A stretch of 64,000 nt of DNA from Eledone cirrhosa. Taxonomy: Eukaryota. Below, piece after piece: positions 55,901 to 64,000 of the stretch. A program made the position numbers and the translations under genes. The first letter of the stretch is position 1; every line of letters begins with the position of its first letter. The DNA lies in NCBI GenBank assembly GCA_964016885.1, contig OZ024742.1, positions 215,822,001 through 215,886,000 of the forward strand, read 5' to 3'. The notes under the pieces are model-generated. The model saw nothing but the letters and a program-made list of their open reading frames with translations, made no database searches and was not told the DNA's origin.

Positions 55901-58900
55901 CTCCACTTATAATACCATCATATTACCACTGGTTAATGCCTCCACTTATAATACCTTCGTCTTACCACTGGTTACTACCTCCACTTATAATACCTTCATC
56001 TTACCACTGGTTACTATCTCCACTTATAATACCATCATCTTACCACAGTTTACTATCTCCACTTATAATACCATCATCTTACCAGTGGATAATACCTCCA
56101 CTTATAATACCATCATCTTACCACTGGTTACTCTCTCCAGTTATAATACCATCATCTTACCACTGGTTACTACCTCCGCTTATAATACCATCATCTTACC
56201 ACTGGTTACTCTCTCCAGTTATAATACCATCATCTTACCACTAATTACTACCTCCGCTTATAATACCATCATCTTACCACTGGTTACTCTCTCCAGTTAT
56301 AATACCATCATCTTACCACTGGTTACTCTATCCAATTATAATACCATCATATTACCACTGGTTACTACCTCCGCTTATAATACCATCATCTTATCACTGG
56401 TTACTCTCTCCAGTTATAATACCATCATCTTACCACTGGTTACTATATCCACTTATAATACCTTCATCTTACCACTGGTTACTCTATCCACTTATAATAC
56501 CTTCATCTTACCACTGGTTACTCTCTCCACTTATAATACCATCATCTTACCACTGGTTACTCTATCCACTTATAATACCATCATATTACCACTGGTTACT
56601 CTCTCCAGTTATAATACCATCATCTTACCACTGGTTACTCTATCCACTTATAATACCTTCATCTAACCACTGGTTACTCTCTCCACTTATAATACCATCA
56701 TCTTACCACTGGTTACTACATCCACTTATAATACCATTATCTTACCACTGGTTACTATCGCCACTTATAATACCATCATCTTACCACTGGTTATTACCTC
56801 CACTTATAATACCATTATCTGAACACTGGTTACTACCTCCACTTATAATACCATTATCTTACCACTGGTTACTACCTCCACTTATAATACCATTATCTTA
56901 CCACTGGTTACTATCTCCACTTATAATACCATCATCTTACCACTGGTTACTCTCGCCACTTATAATACCATCATCTTACCACTGGTTACTCTCGCCACCT
57001 ATAATACCATTATCTTACCACTGGTTACTACCACCACTTATAATACCATCATCCTAACACTGGTTACTATCTCCACTTATAATACCATCATCTTACCGCT
57101 GGTTACTCTCGCCTCTTATAATACCACCATCTTACCACTGGTTACTCTCTTCACTTATAATACCATCATCCTACCACTGGTTACTACCACCACTTATAAT
57201 ACCATTATCTTACCACTGGTTACTCTCGCCACCTATAATACCATTATCTTATCACTGGTTACTCTCTCCACTTATAATACCATCATTCTACCACTGGTTA
57301 CTCTCGCCACTTATAATACCATCATCTTACCACTGGTTACTCTCGCCACCTATAATACCATCATCTTACCACTGGTTACTCTCGCCACTTATAATACCAT
57401 CATCTTACCACTGGTTTATTCTCGCCACCTATAATACCATTATCTTACCACTGGTTACTACCACCACTTATAATACCATCATCCTAACACTGGTTACTAT
57501 CTCCACTTATAATACCATCATCTTACCACTGGTCACTCTCGCCACTTATAATACCATCATCTTACCACTGGTTACTCTCTTCACTTATAATACCATCATC
57601 CTACCACTGGTTACTACCACCACTTATAATACCATTATCTTACCACTGGTTACTCTCTCCACTTATAATACCATCATCTTACCACTGCTTACTCTCGCCA
57701 CTTATAATACCATCATCTTACCACTGGTTACTACCAACACTTATAATACCATCATCTTACCACTGGTTACTATCTCCACTTATAATACCATCATCTTACC
57801 ACTGGTTACTACCTCCACTTATAATACCATCATCTTACCACTGGTTACTACCACCACTTATAATACCATCATCTTACCACTGGTTACTACCTCCACTTAT
57901 AATACGATCATCTTACCACTGGTTACTCTCGCCACTTATAATACCATCATCTTACCAGTGGTTACTACCTCCACTTATAATACCATCATCTTACCAATGG
58001 TTACTACCAACACTTATAATACCATCATCTTACCACTGGTTACTATCTCCACTTATAATACCATCATCTTTCCACTGGTTACTCTCTCCACTTATAATAC
58101 CTTCATCTTACCACTGGTTACTACCTCCACTTATAATACCTTCATCTTACCACTGGTTACTATCTCCACTTATAATACCATCATCTTACCACAGTTTACT
58201 ATCTCCACTTATAATACCATCATCTTACCAGTGGATAATACCTCCACTTATAATACCATCATCTTACCACTGGTTACTCTCTCCAGTTATAATACCATCA
58301 TCTTACCACTGGTTACTACCTCCGCTTATAATACCATCATCTTACCACTGGTTACTCTCTCCAGTTATAATACCATCATCTTACCACTAATTACTACCTC
58401 CGCTTATAATACCATCATCTTACCACTGGTTACTCTCTCCAGTTATAATACCATCATCTTACCACTGGTTACTCTATCCAATTATAATACCATCATATTA
58501 CCACTGGTTACTACCTCCGCTTATAATACCATCATCTTATCACTGGTTACTCTCTCCAGTTATAATACCATCATCTTACCACTGGTTACTATATCCACTT
58601 ATAATACCTTCATCTTACCACTGGTTACTCTATCCACTTATAATACCTTCATCTTACCACTGGTTACTCTCTCCACTTATAATACCATCATCTTACCACT
58701 GGTTACTCTATCCACTTATAATACCATCATCTTACCACTGGTTACTCTCTCCAGTTATAATACCATCATCTTACCACTGGTTACTCTATCCACTTATAAT
58801 ACCTTCATCTTACCACTGGTTACTCTCTCCACTTATAATACCATCATCTTACCACTGGTTACTACATCCACTTATAATACCATTATCTTACCACTGGTTA

Positions 58901-61900
58901 CTATCGCCACTTATAATACCATCATCTTACCACTGGTTATTACCTCCACTTATAATACCATTATCTGAACACTGGTTACTACCTCCACTTATAATACCAT
59001 TATCTTACCACTGGTTACTACCTCCACTTATAATACCATTATCTTACCACTGGTTACTATCTCCACTTATAATACCATCATCTTACCACTGGTTACTCTC
59101 GCCACTTATAATACCATCATCTTACCACTGGTTACTCTCGCCACCTATAATACCATTATCTTACCACTGGTTACTACCACCACTTATAATACCATCATCC
59201 TAACACTGGTTACTATCTCCACTTATAATACCATCATCTTACCACTGGTTACTCTCGCCTCTTATAATACCACCATCTTACCACTGGTTACTCTCTTCAC
59301 TTATAATACCATCATCCTACCACTGGTTACTACCACCACTTATAATACCATTATCTTACCACTGGTTACTCTCGCCACCTATAATACCATTATCTTATCA
59401 CTGGTTACTCTCTCCACTTATAATACCATCATTCTACCACTGGTTACTCTCGCCACTTATAATACCATCATCTTACCACTGGTTACTCTCGCCACCTATA
59501 ATACCATCATCTTACCACTGGTTACTCTCGCCACTTATAATACCATCATCTTACCACTGGTTATTCTCGCCACCTATAATACCATTATCTTACCACTGGT
59601 TACTACCACCACTTATAATACCATCATCCTAACACTGGTTACTATCTCCACTTATAATACCATCATCTTACCACTGGTCACTCTCGCCACTTATAATACC
59701 ATCATCTTACCACTGGTTACTCTCTTCACTTATAATACCATCATCCTACCACTGGTTACTACCACCACTTATAATACCATTATCTTACCACTGGTTACTC
59801 TCTCCACTTATAATACCATCATCTTACCACTGCTTACTCTCGCCACTTATAATACCATCATCTTACCACTGGTTACTACCAACACTTATAATACCATCAT
59901 CTTACCACTGGTTACTATCTCCACTTATAATACCATCATCTTACCACTGGTTACTACCTCCACTTATAATACCATCATCTTACCACTGGTTACTACCACC
60001 ACTTATAATACCATCATCTTACCACTGGTTACTACCTCCACTTATAATACGATCATCTTACCACTGGTTACTCTCGCCACTTATAATACCATCATCTTAC
60101 CAGTGGTTACTACCTCCACTTATAATACCATCATCTTACCAATGGTTACTACCAACACTTATAATACCATCATCTTACCACTGGTTACTATCTCCACTTA
60201 TAATACCATCATCTTTCCACTGGTTACTCTCTCCACTTATAATACCATCATCTTACCACTGGTTACTACCACCACTTATAATACCATCATCTTACCACTG
60301 GTTACTACCACCACTTATAATACCATCATCTTACCACTGGTTACTACCTCCACTTATAATACCATCATCTTACCACTGGTTACTACCTCCACTTATAATA
60401 CCATCATCTTACCATTGGTTACTATCTCCACTTATAATACCTTCATCTTACCACTGGTTACTCTCGCCACTTATAATACCATCATCTTACCACTGGTTAC
60501 TATCTCCACTTATAATACCATTATCTTACCACTGGTTACTACCTCCACTTATAATACCATCATCTTACCACTGGTTACTACCTCCACTTATAATACCATC
60601 ATCTTACCACTGGTTACTATCTCCACTTATAATACCTTCATCTTACCACTGGTTACTCTCGCCACTTATAATACCATCATCTTACCACTGGTTACTATCT
60701 CCACTTATAATACCATCATCTTACCACTGGTTACTATCTCCACTTATAATACCTTCATCTTACCACTGGTTACTCTCGCCACTTATAATAACATCATATT
60801 ACCACTGGTTACTGCCTCCACTTATAATACCTTCATCTTACCACTGGTTACTCTCTCCAGTTATAATACCATCATCTTACCACTGGTTACTCTCTCCAGT
60901 TATAATACCATCATCTTACCACTGGTTACTCTCTCCACTTATAGTACCATCATCTTACCACTGGTTACTACCTCCAATTATAATACCTTCATCTTACCAC
61001 TGGTTACTCTCTCCAGTTATAATACCATCATCTTACCACTGGTTACTACCTCCACTTATAATACCATCATCTTACCACTGGTTACTATCTCCACTTATAA
61101 TACCATCATCTTACCACAGGTTACTATCTCCACTTATAATACCTTCATCTTACCACTGGTTACTACCTCCACTTATAATACCATCATCTTACCACTGATT
61201 ACTCTCTCCACTTATAATACCATCATCTTACAACTGGTTACTATCTCCACTTATAATACCATCATATTACCACTGGTTAATGCCTCCACTTATAATACCT
61301 TCATCTTACCACTGGTTACTACCTCCACTTATAATACCTTCATCTTACCACTGGTTACTATCTCCACTTATAATACCATCATCTTACCACAGTTTACTAT
61401 CTCCACTTATAATACCATCATCTTACCAGTGGATAATACCTCCACTTATAATACCATCATCTTACCACTGGTTACTCTCTCCAGTTATAATACCATCATC
61501 TTACCACTGGTTACTACCTCCGCTTATAATACCATCATCTTACCTCTGGTTACTCTCTCCAGTTATAATACCATCATCTTACCACTAATTACTACCTCCG
61601 CTTATAATACCATCATCTTACCACTGGTTACTCTCTCCAGTTATAATACCATCATCTTACCACTGGTTACTCTATCCAATTATAATACCATCATATTACC
61701 ACTGGTTACTACCTCCGCTTATAATACCATCATCTTATCACTGGTTACTCTCTCCAGTTATAATACCATCATCTTACCACTGGTTACTATATCCACTTAT
61801 AATACCTTCATCTTACCACTGGTTACTCTATCCACTTATAATACCTTCATCTTACCACTGGTTACTCTCTCCACTTATAATACCATCATCTTACCACTGG

Positions 61901-64000
61901 TTACTCTATCCACTTATAATACCATCATCTTACCACTGGTTACTCTCTCCAGTTATAATACCATCATCTTACCACTGGTTACTCTATCCACTTATAATAC
62001 CTTCATCTTACCACTGGTTACTCTCTCCACTTATAATACCATCATCTTACCACTGGTTACTACATCCACTTATAATACCATTATCTTACCACTGGTTACT
62101 ATCGCCACTTATAATACCATCATCTTACCACTGGTTATTACCTCCACTTATAATACCATTATCTGAACACTGGTTACTACCTCCACTTATAATACCATTA
62201 TCTTACCACTGGTTACTACCTCCACTTATAATACCATTATCTTACCACTGGTTACTATCTCCACTTATAATACCATCATCTTACCACTGGTTACTCTCGC
62301 CACTTATAATACCATCATCTTACCACTGGTTACTCTCGCCACCTATAATACCATTATCTTACCACTGGTTACTACCACCACTTATAATACCATCATCCTA
62401 ACACTGGTTACTATCTCCACTTATAATACCATCATCTTACCGCCGGTTACTCTCGCCTCTTATAATACCACCATCTTACCACTGGTTACTCTCTTCACTT
62501 ATAATACCATCATCATACCACTGGTTACTACCACCACTTATAATACCATTATCTTACCACTGGTTACTCTCGCCACTTATAATACCATCATCTTACCACT
62601 GGTTACTCTCGCCACCTATAATACCATTATCTTACCACTGGTTACTACCACCACTTATAATACCATCATCCTAACACTGGTTACTATCTCCACTTATAAT
62701 ACCATCATCTTACCGCCGGTTACTCTCGCCTCTTATAATACCACCATCTTACCACTGGTTACTCTCTTCACTTATAATACCATCATCATACCACTGGTTA
62801 CTACCACCACTTATAATACCATCATCTTACCACTGGTTACTCTCTCCAGTTATAATACCATCATCTTACCACTGGTTACTCTATCCACTTATAATACCAT
62901 CATCTTACCACTGGTTACTCTATCCACTTATAATACCATCATCTTACCACTGGTTACTCTCTCCAGTTATAATACCATCATCTTACCACTGGTTACTATC
63001 GCCACTTATAATACCATCATCTTACCACTGGTTATTACCTCCACTTATAATACCATTATCTGAACACTGGTTACTACCTCCACTTATAATACCATTATCT
63101 TACCACTGGTTACTACCTCCACTTATAATACCATTATCTTACCACTGGTTACTATCTCCACTTATAATACCATCATCTTACCACTGGTTACTCTCGCCAC
63201 TTATAATACCATCATCTTACCACTGGTTACTCTCGCCACCTATAATACCATTATCTTACCACTGGTTACTACCACCACTTATAATACCATCATCCTAACA
63301 CTGGTTACTATCTCCACTTATAATACCATCATCTTACCACTGGTTACTCTCGCCTCTTATAATACCACCATCTTACCACTGGTTACTCTCTTCACTTATA
63401 ATACCATCATCATACCACTGGTTACTACCACCACTTATAATACCATTATCTTACCACTGGTTACTCTCGCCACCTATAATACCATTATCTTATCACTGGT
63501 TACTCTCTCCACTTATAATACCATCATTCTACCACTGGTTACTCTCGCCACTTATAATACCATCATCTTACCACTGGTTACTCTCGCCACCTATAATACC
63601 ATCATCTTACCACTGGTTACTCTCGCCACTTATAATACCATCATCTTACCACTGGTTATTCTCGCCACCTATAATACCATTATCTTACCACTGGTTACTA
63701 CCACCACTTATAATACCATCATCCTAACACTGGTTACTATCTCCACTTATAATACCATCATCTTACCACTGGTCACTCTCGCCACTTATAATACCATCAT
63801 CTTACCACTGGTTACTCTCTTCACTTATAATACCATCATCCTACCACTGGTTACTACCACCACTTATAATACCATTATCTTACCACTGGTTACTCTCTCC
63901 ACTTATAATACCATCATCTTACCACTGCTTACTCTCGCCACTTATAATACCATCATCTTACCACTGGTTACTACCAACACTTATAATACCATCATCTTAC
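52979..64000. repeat. 39-bp tandem satellite, ~280 copies, continuing past the window end, with higher-order repeats
   Basis: Consensus CCACTTATAATACCATCATCTTACCACTGGTTACTACCT; rare variants recur at spacings of 1014, 2145/2146, 3198 and 6358 bp. Confidence 0.98.

Noticed and set aside
53616-62166. Long ORFs of 13-aa repeats (TYNTIILPLVTTS)n
   Set aside because: Consequence of a 39-bp unit; stop-containing variants (TGA, TAA) were amplified with the blocks, and there are no unique termini or splice context.
52979-64000. CRISPR-like repeat/spacer interpretation
   Set aside because: Units are head-to-tail with only a 4-nt variable slot; no unique spacers, no cas genes, eukaryotic context.

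Overview
AT-rich, repeat-dominated eukaryotic DNA; the SINE families and microsatellite load suggest an octopus/cephalopod genome (inference). No host protein-coding gene can be supported. The window holds a degenerate RTE-type LINE (1-1.9 kb), two fragments of one CRE-clade retroelement family (8-9 kb, 37.2-37.9 kb), Penelope-like element (PLE) fragments, two decayed hAT transposons, a near full-length Tx1/L1-clade LINE (21.5-27.1 kb), an R4/Dong-clade LINE in an (ATT)n tract (38.6-41.7 kb), many tRNA-type SINEs, long (TA)n tracts, a 70-bp minisatellite and an 11-kb 39-bp satellite with higher-order structure. The most notable signals: (i) minimal type-I hammerhead ribozyme folds in short inserts sitting in (TA)n microsatellites, several with fold-back arms; (ii) a nested palindrome cluster at 27.9-28.8 kb; (iii) a 31-nt GT-AG segment whose removal would fuse the upstream ORF in frame to LINE ORF2; (iv) a 215-bp locally templated inverted copy of the R4 LINE; (v) a dense octamer/CRE/CCAAT/GC-box module. 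All calls were made by eye, without database searches.
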